DNA from: an uncultured virus (IMG/VR IMGVR_UViG_3300047157_000165)
Lineage: Duplodnaviria > Heunggongvirae > Uroviricota > Caudoviricetes
Length of the DNA: 64,000 nucleotides
IMG/VR virus record: IMGVR_UViG_3300047157_000165
Direction: 5' to 3' (one strand)
In this document: positions 10,346 to 20,680 of the stretch, piece by piece
How the letters are laid out: each line of letters opens with the position of its first letter
Numbering within the stretch: the stretch's first letter is position 1
The notes under the pieces: generated by a model
The model's database searches: none
What the model saw: the letters and a program-made list of their open reading frames with translations, nothing else
What the model was told of the DNA's origin: nothing
Translations under genes and position numbers: made by a program

Positions 10346-11761
10346 TTAATCTAATATTGATTGTAAAAAATTAATTCTATTTCTTTTAGCTAATCCTGGA
10401 TCTTCTTTTTTATTTTCTTTTTTGAAATTTATACCTGAAAAAAGCGCATCACCACTAAATTCACCTTCATCTTTTGATTGTAATAATTGTTGTTCAAACC
10501 ATGCACCAAACTCCATATTTTGGTTTTTATAAGGATTAGGACCTTTTATTTTAAGTTCTTGTTTATATGCTAAACCTAAAATAGCATCTAAACCAGAAAG
10601 GTGAGTTGGGTTTGTAGGTGATTCTTGACCAAAACCAGATATACTTCCTGGTAATGTTGTTTTTATTTTACCATAAGGGTACTCTGATCCATGTAAACCT
10701 TCGTGTAACGATAATTCCTCTACATTTTTTATAGGTACTGTCGGTATAAAATAACCACCCTGAGAACGATTTTGACCATAATGTTTACCTATATATATAT
10801 TTTTAGGTCCTAATAGATATGTAGCCTTTTTGCTAAGACCAGTATGTTTTCCTTTTTCATCATATAAAGAAGGCCTTGATAAACCAAAATTTAACTGTTC
10901 TTCTAAATTGTATCTATTGAAATCTCTGGCATGGTAAGAATACTTATCTGTGTTATACTTTCCTCTAGATTTATCTAATTCATTTACTTTTATAAAATCT
11001 TTATCCTTTGTGTCTAAAACGGTTCTATAAATATTTTCTGGATAATATTTATTATAATATTTATCATAACCATAATATCGTTCCATGTTATTACTTTGTA
11101 TTTGGTATCGATTTTCATGTTCTTCGCTACCCTCAAAATAATATTTTTCACCAACACTTGAAACTGAATCCTTTAATTTCATTTTGTTTCTAATGTTAAT
11201 ATAATTATCTGTTTTGTCACGTATAAAACCATCTTGAGAATAAGTTGATAATGAACTATATGTATCAAAATTTACATTTTTATTTATTAAATTAACAAGC
11301 TTTTTATTTCTTTGTTCAGAAAATCTTTTTATTAATGCATTATTTTTTAATTCACCTAAATTAAAATAAGTTTTTATGTATTTACCATATTCATCATATC
11401 CTTGATTCTTATTGAAAATAACGAAATTCTCTCTTTCTATGCTATCACTTTTTTCTATACCTTCTTTATTAAAAAAATCTCTATATCTCAATGCTAATTT
11501 TAATCTATTAGATTCTTTTATATTTATATTATCAGTTTTATCATTTGTATCAAAAAATGTTTTATAATTCTCATATTCTTCTTGTGTAGGTGCTTTATCA
11601 AAATCTATATTATCAGAAAAATATTTTGTTTTGTCTTTATATTTAGGTAATTTGTTTTCATTAATCTTACGTGTTAGTAATGAATTGACAGACCTTTCTA
11701 ACCTTGGTTTGGCTTTAAATTTTTTTAATAATTTAAGTATGTTAGGATCTAGTTCTTCCAT
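10346..11761 (-). CDS. Hypothetical protein with HExxH motif
   Basis: 471 aa; SLHEGLHGSE near C-terminus. Confidence 0.55.
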   Translation of the reverse strand: MEELDPNILKLLKKFKAKPRLERSVNSLLTRKINENKLPKYKDKTKYFSDNIDFDKAPTQEEYENYKTFFDTNDKTDNINIKESNRLKLALRYRDFFNKEGIEKSDSIERENFVIFNKNQGYDEYGKYIKTYFNLGELKNNALIKRFSEQRNKKLVNLINKNVNFDTYSSLSTYSQDGFIRDKTDNYINIRNKMKLKDSVSSVGEKYYFEGSEEHENRYQIQSNNMERYYGYDKYYNKYYPENIYRTVLDTKDKDFIKVNELDKSRGKYNTDKYSYHARDFNRYNLEEQLNFGLSRPSLYDEKGKHTGLSKKATYLLGPKNIYIGKHYGQNRSQGGYFIPTVPIKNVEELSLHEGLHGSEYPYGKIKTTLPGSISGFGQESPTNPTHLSGLDAILGLAYKQELKIKGPNPYKNQNMEFGAWFEQQLLQSKDEGEFSGDALFSGINFKKENKKEDPGLAKRNRINFLQSILD

Positions 11762-12571
11762 TTATTTTTTTGATAATTTGTACTTACCTTTTTCTTCTTT
11801 TATGTATCTTCTATCATATATTTCAAACTCATCTACTATACTTTCTAATGGTCCTTTAAAATCATACTTATCATATATAGCTATATATTTTTCTTTTCTA
11901 TCTTCATCATATCCAACACTAACTTGAAAATTTTGTAGTGGATCTATTCCTTCAAATTTATCAGAATCCATAAAACCTTCACGTATATAAGGAGTAAGTC
12001 CCTCTATACTCACGGTATCACCTACTTTTTTGTTTTCTATTTTTTTTAATAATTTTTCATAATCAATAACATCATCACTTAAAGCATAATATTTAGCATT
12101 AGGGTTTTTTGATTTAGTAGGTTTAAATTTAGTTTGCTTAATAATATATTTATTTTTAGTTTCTAAACCTAAAGACATAGCCCAAGCTTCATCACCTATT
12201 GTATAATCACCATCTTTATCTAAAGAAGGAGGAGTTGTGTTATTTATTCCTAATTTTTTACCCATTAAACTAATCATTGTAGTTGTCATAGTAGTAATGT
12301 TTGGATAACTCAAGGGTCTTACATTATCAAATATAAACTGTTTATTCTCTTTTGATATATCAGAAAAATCTGTGTATTGAGACATTTTATCCATTATAAA
12401 ATCGCTAACATTGTCCACTGCTTTAGCACCACGCTTTAATGCTGGAAAAACAATATCATCATCTAAAACATTACCACCTCTTCCTGAATTAGAAAATTGT
12501 ATAATTTTAACATTTCCATCTACGTCTAGCGGCTTTACCTCTTTCACCAGTCCAACCTTTTGATCTAGCAC
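11762..12571 (-). CDS. Hypothetical protein, start uncertain
   Basis: Long ORF; 5' end overlaps the upstream basic-protein gene. Confidence 0.55.
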   Translation of the reverse strand: MLDQKVGLVKEVKPLDVDGNVKIIQFSNSGRGGNVLDDDIVFPALKRGAKAVDNVSDFIMDKMSQYTDFSDISKENKQFIFDNVRPLSYPNITTMTTTMISLMGKKLGINNTTPPSLDKDGDYTIGDEAWAMSLGLETKNKYIIKQTKFKPTKSKNPNAKYYALSDDVIDYEKLLKKIENKKVGDTVSIEGLTPYIREGFMDSDKFEGIDPLQNFQVSVGYDEDRKEKYIAIYDKYDFKGPLESIVDEFEIYDRRYIKEEKGKYKLSKK

Positions 12572-12780
12572 AAAAAGATTTTCTACGTTTAGCAGCTTTA
12601 CTACCAGGTTTTACTTTACCTGTTACAGCTGTTTTTAATTTACTACCAGGGTTTTTTTTCTATATTCTTTACACCCTTTAGCTGTCATACCAGCACCTTC
12701 TTTAGTTGTTCTAAAGTTTCTTACTTTTTTACCCTTTAGTAGTTTTTCTTAGATAATTTTGATTTTTTTCCGTAAGGCAT
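12507..12780 (-). pseudogene. Small very basic protein disrupted by several homopolymer indels, probably sequencing error
   Basis: Fragments RNFRTTKEGAGMTAKG and PGSKLKTAVTGKVKPGSKAAKRRKSFCARSKGWTGERGKAARRRWKC* lie in shifted frames. Confidence 0.6.
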
Positions 12781-12797
12781 AATTTTAATTTTAAGGG

Positions 12798-13238
12798 TTA
12801 ACGTTCTTTATCTTTTATCATATCATCTAAAGCTTTATTAAAAACTTTATCAGTATATGATTTATTTTTATAAAAAATATTTTTTCTAGTTACAGGAACA
12901 TCTTCGTCACCCAATAATATCCTGTAAACTCTACTAATTAATTGTTTTGTTTTAAAAGAAACACAATATATACTATACTTTATAGTTGTTCTATTTCTAT
13001 TTCTCCATACATCTATCCAACCTTCATCACGTAATCTTTCCCAACGATGTTTATCCCAACTGTAAGTGTAAACACCATCTTTAAAATCTTTTATAGAAAA
13101 TCTATTTAAACAATCTAAATATATAAGAAGTTCTAAGTCTGCTTCTTTTATTTTATATGTTTTACAAGCCCACTTTCTAACTATTCTATAATATTTTAAT
13201 ATTTGTAATTCTTTTAAATCACTTGAAGAGAGTTTCAT
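12798..13238 (-). CDS. Hypothetical protein, possibly winged-helix
   Basis: 146 aa; ADLELLIYL...RLRDEGWI pattern. Confidence 0.5.
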   Translation of the reverse strand: MKLSSSDLKELQILKYYRIVRKWACKTYKIKEADLELLIYLDCLNRFSIKDFKDGVYTYSWDKHRWERLRDEGWIDVWRNRNRTTIKYSIYCVSFKTKQLISRVYRILLGDEDVPVTRKNIFYKNKSYTDKVFNKALDDMIKDKER

Positions 13239-13495
13239 ATAACAATAACAACGTCTTGTTGTCTAATAACATAATATGTTTTATTATTATATTCAACCAT
13301 ATGGCCAGCATGTTTATCATAATAAATTTTATCATTTGTTTTTAAACCATCTGTTTGGTTGCCAACACTTATTATGTGACCTTTTAAATAACGTATATCT
13401 TTTTTATCATTATTAGTTAATATTAGTCCATTAACTTTTTTTGATTCTTCTTTTATTTTTTCTATTATTATGTAATTATTTATCGCCTGCATCAA
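13235..13495 (-). CDS. groES: Co-chaperonin GroES
   Basis: NNYIII...GLIL...GHIISVG...DKIYYDKHAG...VIRQQDVV; adjacent to groEL. Confidence 0.85.
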   Translation of the reverse strand: MMQAINNYIIIEKIKEESKKVNGLILTNNDKKDIRYLKGHIISVGNQTDGLKTNDKIYYDKHAGHMVEYNNKTYYVIRQQDVVIVI

Positions 13496-15035
13496 TTCTC
13501 ATATTAGAAATTACACAATCTGCAGATATTATAGTGCTAACAACACTGACTGCGTTTTTTAAAGCTGTTTTTGTAACTAATACAGGATCTATTATTCCAG
13601 CCTTTAACATATTAGTTTCTTTACCATTTACAACATTTATTCCAAATCCTTTTTTATTACTCTCTACGTATGGTAAACCAGCATTTTCTATTATAACAGA
13701 ATAAGGATATTTTATTGAGCTTAACAATATTTCTTCTCCTATATTTTCAGCTTTAATTTTTTGTGATGCATTTAAAAGTGCAACTCCACCTCCTGGAACA
13801 ATACCTTCTTGTAGCGCTGCTTTAGTTGCATATATTGCATCTTCTACTCTGTCTTTTTTTTCTTTTAACTCTACTTTTGAATCAGCACCAACTTTTATAA
13901 TAGCAACAGAACCTGTCAACATCGCTATTCTTTGTTCTAATTTATTTTTTATAAAAGCATTAGTTTCTATTTCTATTTTGCTATACACACTTTTTATTCT
14001 TTCTTTAGCTTCTTCATTAACTTCTTCTATAGTAAGAACAGTGTTTTTATCATCTGTAATGGACTTTAAGCATTCACCTAATACATCAGGTTGGATTAAA
14101 TCTAAATCATCTCCTAATTGCTCATCTATTATTTTAGCTCCGGTTAAACAAGCTAAATCTTCTATTGTATCTCTTTTTGTAGAAGCAAAACCAGGAAGAT
14201 CAACAACATTGACTTTAATATTACCTTTAACTTTGTTAGTTAACAACGCAGACATAGGCTGCTGATCTACAGAGGCTACAATTAGTAAGCTTCTTTTTGT
14301 TTTAATTATATGCTCTAAAACTGCTTGTATTTTTCTAATGTTAGTTATTGGAGAAGCTACTATTAACACATAAGGATTTTCTAAAACAGATTTATCTTTA
14401 TTTTCATTAGTAGTCAAATGATTAGATTTTAAACCAGAGTCAAACTGTATACCTTCTACATTTTCGTAGTAAGTTTTTTCAGTCTCCGACTCTTCCATTA
14501 ATACAACTCCATTTTTTCCAACTTTATTATAAGCATCCGCAATTATAGAACCTAAAATATTATCATTGTTAGCTGATATAGTACTCACATCCTTGAGCTT
14601 ATCATGTTTAACATCAATAGAGATTTTATCTAGATAATTGTTTATTTTAAATAAACCAGTTTGTAAACCTAATTTTATATCTCTTATATTATATTTTTCT
14701 TTTTTACAATTTTTTAAAAGTGAGTAAGCAAGGACGGTTGCCGTAGTGGTACCGTCTCCTGCTTCTTTCACTGTGTTTTTAGCAGCTTCTTTTAAAAGTG
14801 TTGCTCCTATGTTTTCTAAAGGATCAAATAATATTACTGATTCAGCTACAGTTACACCATCTTTAGTTATAACTGGTTTGCCTAATGAATCTTCATATAT
14901 TACACATTTTCCTGAAGCTCCTAGTGTAGACTTAACAGCTTGTGTTAATTTTTCTACACCTATCATTATCTTATTGTTAGCATCTGCCCCGAAAGACAAA
15001 TCTTTAACTATCTCACTTGGGTTATTATATTCCAT
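13476..15035 (-). CDS. groEL: Chaperonin GroEL
   Basis: ITKDGVTVA, AGDGTTTA, EKKDRVEDA, GIVPGGG, GIIDP motifs. Confidence 0.95.
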   Translation of the reverse strand: MEYNNPSEIVKDLSFGADANNKIMIGVEKLTQAVKSTLGASGKCVIYEDSLGKPVITKDGVTVAESVILFDPLENIGATLLKEAAKNTVKEAGDGTTTATVLAYSLLKNCKKEKYNIRDIKLGLQTGLFKINNYLDKISIDVKHDKLKDVSTISANNDNILGSIIADAYNKVGKNGVVLMEESETEKTYYENVEGIQFDSGLKSNHLTTNENKDKSVLENPYVLIVASPITNIRKIQAVLEHIIKTKRSLLIVASVDQQPMSALLTNKVKGNIKVNVVDLPGFASTKRDTIEDLACLTGAKIIDEQLGDDLDLIQPDVLGECLKSITDDKNTVLTIEEVNEEAKERIKSVYSKIEIETNAFIKNKLEQRIAMLTGSVAIIKVGADSKVELKEKKDRVEDAIYATKAALQEGIVPGGGVALLNASQKIKAENIGEEILLSSIKYPYSVIIENAGLPYVESNKKGFGINVVNGKETNMLKAGIIDPVLVTKTALKNAVSVVSTIISADCVISNMRIDAGDK

Positions 15036-15062
15036 TTAATTTTATTTTATTGGTAAGTGGTT

Positions 15063-15359
15063 TTATTTAAAGCTCTTTACTACTTTAGGTCCTTTTAAAA
15101 ACTCTATTTTTTTTAGATAATGTTCAATACTTTCATCAATAGCAGTTTCGCAGCTATCAACTGTTTCACGTCTTGTAACATCTATCCATTTGTTTTCATC
15201 ATTCAGATCTTTGTGTTCTGCTTGAAAAAACCCATTAGGTAGTTCAACTATACGCCAGTTTTTTTTCTCAACAACATGTTCCCAAAGCTTTCTGGTTGCT
15301 TCGGTTATTCCTTGGGTACTATTGTTCCCCCAGGAATAGGTTTTATAAAAATAGGTCAT
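15063..15359 (-). CDS. Hypothetical protein
   Basis: 98-aa ORF in operon. Confidence 0.6.
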   Translation of the reverse strand: MTYFYKTYSWGNNSTQGITEATRKLWEHVVEKKNWRIVELPNGFFQAEHKDLNDENKWIDVTRRETVDSCETAIDESIEHYLKKIEFLKGPKVVKSFK

Positions 15360-15389
15360 GGTTAATGGTTAATATAGGTTTTGTCTATA

Positions 15390-15674
15390 TTATGCTTTTT
15401 TTAATACTTCTGGTCCTACAATTTCTTCTTCACCTTTTTCTTCAACAGGTTCGTAGTTACCAGTTTGAATATCAATTTTTATTTTACCGTACTTTTCTTC
15501 TAGCTTAGCTTGCAACTTATTCAAGTCTTGTTGAACTTCTGCTGCAGCGTGATTAAGCTGGTGTTTTTGTAACTCTAGGTTTCCAATTTGAGAAGCAGCT
15601 TGGTTAAGCTTTCCTACAAGTCCCTGTAGTTCTTCTAATTGTTCTTGGCTAATTTTGTTTTCTTGGTTTTCCAT
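15390..15674 (-). CDS. Coiled-coil hypothetical protein
   Basis: Heptad L/Q pattern. Confidence 0.6.
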   Translation of the reverse strand: MENQENKISQEQLEELQGLVGKLNQAASQIGNLELQKHQLNHAAAEVQQDLNKLQAKLEEKYGKIKIDIQTGNYEPVEEKGEEEIVGPEVLKKA

Positions 15675-15716
15675 AATTTTAATGTAATTTTAATTTAATT
15701 TAATTGAATTTAATTA

Positions 15717-16058
15717 TTACGCCCACGGCATTTCCGAGACGTCTTCGTTTGTTGGTATTTTTTGTTCGCTAATATTTTTGGTTATAACTTCTTGCATGTG
15801 ATCGACTGGGTGATTAGCTTTTGCCCATTCAATAACATCTTCTTCTGTAACTGAAGACAAAGCAGTAAAACTTTCAGAGTTAGGTGCACCAATAGGGCAC
15901 GCTCCTGAGAATTCTGCAGTGTAAGGATTCCCTTCGGAATCATTTTCATCATCAGTTCCTACGTATTTAAAATTTACGTGTGTAATCACATCCGACAAAC
16001 CGTCGAGACTGGGTGCTTTTTTCATAGCCGTGATAGCCCATGTGTAAGTAATTGCCAT
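15717..16058 (-). CDS. Tail-fibre-associated small protein, paralogue of 20323-20655
   Basis: MAITYTWAI...F..L..VTEEDVIEW resembles MANTYKWTI...FTEYDSLKESDVIAW. Confidence 0.6.
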   Translation of the reverse strand: MAITYTWAITAMKKAPSLDGLSDVITHVNFKYVGTDDENDSEGNPYTAEFSGACPIGAPNSESFTALSSVTEEDVIEWAKANHPVDHMQEVITKNISEQKIPTNEDVSEMPWA

Positions 16059-16136
16059 AATTTATTGTTTTTTTTGTTAATTTTAACTATTTATTATTAT
16101 CACTTGTTTTTACAAGTATCTAATTTAGTGAATATA

Positions 16137-19100
16137 CTAATTATTTTCTAAAGTTTCGAGTCTTGACTTAAGATCATCTATAATTGTTTGTTGTTCTTTT
16201 ATTGCGTTTACTAAAACCGCTGTAAGTTCTCCATAAGCAACTGATTTTAATCCTGAATCAGGCGCTTCAACTATCAACTCTGGTAATACTGCCTCTACCT
16301 CTTGTGCTAACACTCCGACTTTAGTTACACCTGTATTAAAATCTGTTCTATTGTAATAAACACCTTTCAGGGCTTTTACCTTGTCAATAGCGTTAGGTAT
16401 TTCAACTATATTTTCTTTTACTCTTTCATCCGAGTTCTGCGTCAATGAACCATTTATAGTCATATTAGCTGATGTCATATAAAACGTAAACCTTGTACTT
16501 GATCCTTGTCTCCAATGTATATCACCAACATTTGCATCGAAATACGTATGTGAGTTATTTGTATGAAACCTAAAATAGTTTCCAGAAACCCCTCCCATAT
16601 ATATATTAGATGTACCGCTTGATCCCACCGTGTGGCTTCCTGCTGTTTGTAGGGCACCCGCCATTGTCAAACCGTTAATAACACTAGTTGATGTAGGATT
16701 TGTATAATAATTAGTATTATCTGAATCGTAATATATAGGCGCTCTTGCGTCTGGTGCACCGATTAATCTACCGCTATTATCAATATAAGATACATCACCA
16801 CCGTCTCTTCTGAATTGAACAATTCTGTTTGATGAAGAATCTGCAACTATATACCATCTATTTGAATGGTATTGTATTTTACCTGCACCACCTGGATTAC
16901 CTGTCCAAGATGATGATGCTGAAGATAATATAGAAGAATTTGTAATATTTATTGCGCCATGACCAGCATTACAATCAATTACACCAGCAGCTGTTATTGA
17001 ACCTCTTATATTTATAGTATTACCACTCTCACCAATAAACATTTCTTGACTACCAGTATCACCATACCAATGTTGCGCTTGCAACACGTAAAAAGCTGTA
17101 TCCCATCTTGGCGCCGCTTGTTTTGAACTACTTTGTATTTTAAGAAAATTACTGGTACCATTAGGGTTAACATAATAACCTGTATCATCTCTATCATAAA
17201 ACACAGGTGCTCTATAAGAGGCGCCTGCGTATCCTATGCTACCAGTATAAACATCATTAGTATCTAGTTGAACATACCAGGGCCAAACACCACTTATTTG
17301 TGCATAAGTAGTAGAATCAACTGGTGCACCAAGTACATAGAATCTATTTGAATTATTATGTAACGCTACTGACCTATGGTTTGTGTCCCTCATATATATT
17401 GTAGGGTCGCCACTTCTTAAGACTAATGTCCCCGCTTGCAAATAACTGTTTGTATCACTTGAATTATAGAAAATAGGCGCTCGCATGGAACTAGAAGATT
17501 GAATCAGCCCCATATAATGATCAGACCAGTTAGATGAAGAGCCAGCTCTCCATTTCCATGTGGTAGGAGTGTGGCCAGATACACCTCCATTACAAGTTCT
17601 ATAATTAATATTAATCTCCCAACTTTGAGCACCTATCATAAACTCAGCACCATAGCCTTTCAGTTCCATTGTATCGTAAGCATGGTTTCTACCAATTTCA
17701 GAACCAGCGCCTGTACCACTTACACTTCCATTAAAATGAATAGTACTCAAGAAAGATTTACTAGCAGGATCTACATAATAACCCGTATCATTTACATCGT
17801 AAAATATTCCTGCTCGAATATCGTTTGTATTTATTAAACTCCCGCCATTTAATTGTATTTGTTGGTTAAAATAAAAATTTGATCTATCTGTGTATATATG
17901 AGCGTGACTTGTGTTTGCTGGTCCGAAAAGTATGTAACCAGAATCAGTTTGAAGTTTTACTCCCCATGTATCCCCGAAAAATCTACCATTATTAGTAGAA
18001 CCTACAAATTCCATTGTATTTACTTGGCTTGTACTAGCGGGATTTAAATAATAAGTTGTATCGTTTGAATCATAAAATATTGGTGCTCTTAACGAGGTAT
18101 TTCCAGTTATGTACTCATGAACAAAACCAACCCCATTTGAATCTACATAAAAAGTGTTTGTACCTGAAGCATTTCTAAAGTGAACATAACCTGCTGCTTG
18201 TAAATACCAGTGATTACCATGGTATTGCATTTTACCCCCTACTTCACCAGACCAACCATCAGAAGTTTGTCGCCAATCACCAATAGTTTTAAGTGCATTC
18301 CCTCCAGATGAAGAGGGATTTAAAAAGTATGTGGTATCATTTGAATCATAGAATACAGTTCCTCTAACATCACTGTTTACAACAAGATTGCTTCTCGTAA
18401 TATTAACTTGCCCATTGTGTAATATATTCATTGCTGTTTTAGAACCTGTAGCATAACTATCAGTAGTAGCAAAATACATTTTAGTCCCATAACTACCATC
18501 TGATCTTATATATATACCCGCATCTGCAGATTGACCATTATTATGATCAGAAGCTCCAAATGTTATTGCAGCTCCAGCGTGATCAGTTGCACTATTAGGA
18601 TCTAAATGTAATGCGCCTTTAGATGTACCTTGTGTAGTAGCATCCCAAACCGTTCCCGCATTTAAATCTAAAGTAAATAAGTTACTGCCGCTAGCAGGAT
18701 TTAAATAATACGTGGTATCATTTGAATCATAAAATAAAGGTGCTCTTGCATCTTGTGTCACTTCTAAAATAGCATTACCACCATCAAGTTGCATTACTTT
18801 TAATGTATTAGCGGCTGTTGCTCTTATACCTGTTAAGTTACCATAAGTAGAGTTAAATGAGCCAAAAAATCCATTTGCACTTTCATAAGCCATATAGTGT
18901 CCGTCTACTAAAACAGAACCTTGACCATTTTTAGATAAAACTACAAATTCTGAACCTCCTGTCATTCCCAATCCAAGTTCACGAGTATAACTATGGCTCC
19001 CTAGATCACCATACCAAGAACCACTTTTAACCCAGTAGTTTGCACTAGCGTGATTGCCCCAGCCATATGCTGTGTTCCAGTTTGAATCATTATAGCCTGA

Positions 19101-20312
19101 GGCTGCAATAGTTCCTGCGACGGTTACAGTAGATCCATCATCAGTTATTATGGAATCATCTAATTGTGTTCCGTTAAATTTAACAACTTTGTTTGTTACA
19201 ATGTTTGTAGGTCTAAACTGTGTTGCAGAAACATGCCCTGCAAAAGTTGCGTTACCACTAGAAAGCCTTAATGTATTTGTATTACTTTCCCTTAATAATA
19301 TATCTCCAGAAGAATTAAAAGATTCTAGTCTAAATGTTTTATCATTATCTTGTCCTATAAAAACATAATCACTACCACTAAAATCACCATTAGAAGCGTC
19401 CATATAAACACCAGCAGAACCAGTTCCGGTGCTAGCAACATGGATCGTTGAGGTGCCACTAGCAGTTACTAGTAATCCAGGATCTCCTGATGCAGTTACT
19501 GTTCCTGTAAACGTTGGTGAAGCTAATGGTGCTTTTAAAGCAATACTATTTGTAACTGTTGTACTAAAGCTAGCATCATCACCTAAAGCGGCTGCTAATT
19601 CATTTAATGTATCTAATGTGCTTGGTGCACTATCAACTATACCTGCGACTTGATTGTCTACATATAATTTATTAGCTGCGTCTGTGTTTGCTGAAACTGT
19701 ATCAATACCTTGTATTCTACCGGTACCCCCTAAAGTAATATTGCCGCCTATAACCGCTAAGTCATCATCAACTGTTAAACCATCAGCAATTCTTACATCG
19801 GCGTTTGACCCATCATTTAAAATAGATCCTCTAAATACGGCGGTATTTTGCACATACATTGATACCCCAGGTCCACTTGCATAAAAATAATTTGCTTGCG
19901 TTACAACTTCACCTGTATTTTGTACTCTTAGCGCGGTTGTGCCGTCACTACCTCTTGTTACATTAAGAGCATTACCACTAGATCCACTACCATTAATTAT
20001 AACATTACCTGAAAATGTTGGTGACTCCTCAAAGTTAGATGTTATAACACCTGTACTTGAATTATAACTTAAAGCATTACCTGATACACTAATTGCACCT
20101 CTAGCTCTTGCATCAGTATAATATAGATTAGTACCCTCTGATAAATCAGAAGAACTTAAACTACCTATTCTTGAATCAACTCTGGCGTTAGTAAAGTATA
20201 GATTACTACCTTCACTAATATGTGCTGTAGTGATACCGTGACTAGTATGTAAATGTGCCTGGGTTAATACCCCGTCTTTTATAAAATCACCTGTTACTTT
20301 AGTTAATGCCAT
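16137..20312 (-). CDS. Tail fibre with C-terminal intramolecular chaperone (peptidase S74-like)
   Basis: Repeats RAPIFYDSNDTTYYLNPAS; SDERVKENI...GVLAQEVEAVLPE...AIKEQQ. Confidence 0.85.
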   Translation of the reverse strand: MALTKVTGDFIKDGVLTQAHLHTSHGITTAHISEGSNLYFTNARVDSRIGSLSSSDLSEGTNLYYTDARARGAISVSGNALSYNSSTGVITSNFEESPTFSGNVIINGSGSSGNALNVTRGSDGTTALRVQNTGEVVTQANYFYASGPGVSMYVQNTAVFRGSILNDGSNADVRIADGLTVDDDLAVIGGNITLGGTGRIQGIDTVSANTDAANKLYVDNQVAGIVDSAPSTLDTLNELAAALGDDASFSTTVTNSIALKAPLASPTFTGTVTASGDPGLLVTASGTSTIHVASTGTGSAGVYMDASNGDFSGSDYVFIGQDNDKTFRLESFNSSGDILLRESNTNTLRLSSGNATFAGHVSATQFRPTNIVTNKVVKFNGTQLDDSIITDDGSTVTVAGTIAASGYNDSNWNTAYGWGNHASANYWVKSGSWYGDLGSHSYTRELGLGMTGGSEFVVLSKNGQGSVLVDGHYMAYESANGFFGSFNSTYGNLTGIRATAANTLKVMQLDGGNAILEVTQDARAPLFYDSNDTTYYLNPASGSNLFTLDLNAGTVWDATTQGTSKGALHLDPNSATDHAGAAITFGASDHNNGQSADAGIYIRSDGSYGTKMYFATTDSYATGSKTAMNILHNGQVNITRSNLVVNSDVRGTVFYDSNDTTYFLNPSSSGGNALKTIGDWRQTSDGWSGEVGGKMQYHGNHWYLQAAGYVHFRNASGTNTFYVDSNGVGFVHEYITGNTSLRAPIFYDSNDTTYYLNPASTSQVNTMEFVGSTNNGRFFGDTWGVKLQTDSGYILFGPANTSHAHIYTDRSNFYFNQQIQLNGGSLINTNDIRAGIFYDVNDTGYYVDPASKSFLSTIHFNGSVSGTGAGSEIGRNHAYDTMELKGYGAEFMIGAQSWEININYRTCNGGVSGHTPTTWKWRAGSSSNWSDHYMGLIQSSSSMRAPIFYNSSDTNSYLQAGTLVLRSGDPTIYMRDTNHRSVALHNNSNRFYVLGAPVDSTTYAQISGVWPWYVQLDTNDVYTGSIGYAGASYRAPVFYDRDDTGYYVNPNGTSNFLKIQSSSKQAAPRWDTAFYVLQAQHWYGDTGSQEMFIGESGNTINIRGSITAAGVIDCNAGHGAINITNSSILSSASSSWTGNPGGAGKIQYHSNRWYIVADSSSNRIVQFRRDGGDVSYIDNSGRLIGAPDARAPIYYDSDNTNYYTNPTSTSVINGLTMAGALQTAGSHTVGSSGTSNIYMGGVSGNYFRFHTNNSHTYFDANVGDIHWRQGSSTRFTFYMTSANMTINGSLTQNSDERVKENIVEIPNAIDKVKALKGVYYNRTDFNTGVTKVGVLAQEVEAVLPELIVEAPDSGLKSVAYGELTAVLVNAIKEQQTIIDDLKSRLETLENN

Positions 20313-20322
20313 AATTTAATTT

Positions 20323-20655
20323 TTATTCTACTGGTGAGAAAGGATCGTGAAATGTTTTGTTTACTGGAACTTTTAGTGATGCAATTTGTGCATCTAGACC
20401 AGCTTTCATGCCGTTAACATCTAGCCCATCTTCTAGCCAAGCTATTACATCACTTTCTTTTAAACTGTCGTATTCAGTAAAGTTATCTGCGTCGTATTCT
20501 ACAGAATGAGTTCCTATAGATGAGGCTATTTTTGTAGCATCATCATTGTCTACTGCGGAATATCCCCAGTGAATTGTGTTGATAACATTATCTTTGCTAT
20601 CGTGGGAAATTTTTGCGTCTAACGCATTAATTGTCCATTTGTAAGTGTTTGCCAT
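20323..20655 (-). CDS. Tail-fibre-associated small protein
   Basis: Paralogue of 15717-16058; each follows a fibre gene. Confidence 0.6.
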   Translation of the reverse strand: MANTYKWTINALDAKISHDSKDNVINTIHWGYSAVDNDDATKIASSIGTHSVEYDADNFTEYDSLKESDVIAWLEDGLDVNGMKAGLDAQIASLKVPVNKTFHDPFSPVE

Positions 20656-20680
20656 TTGTTTTATTTATTTATTTTATAAT

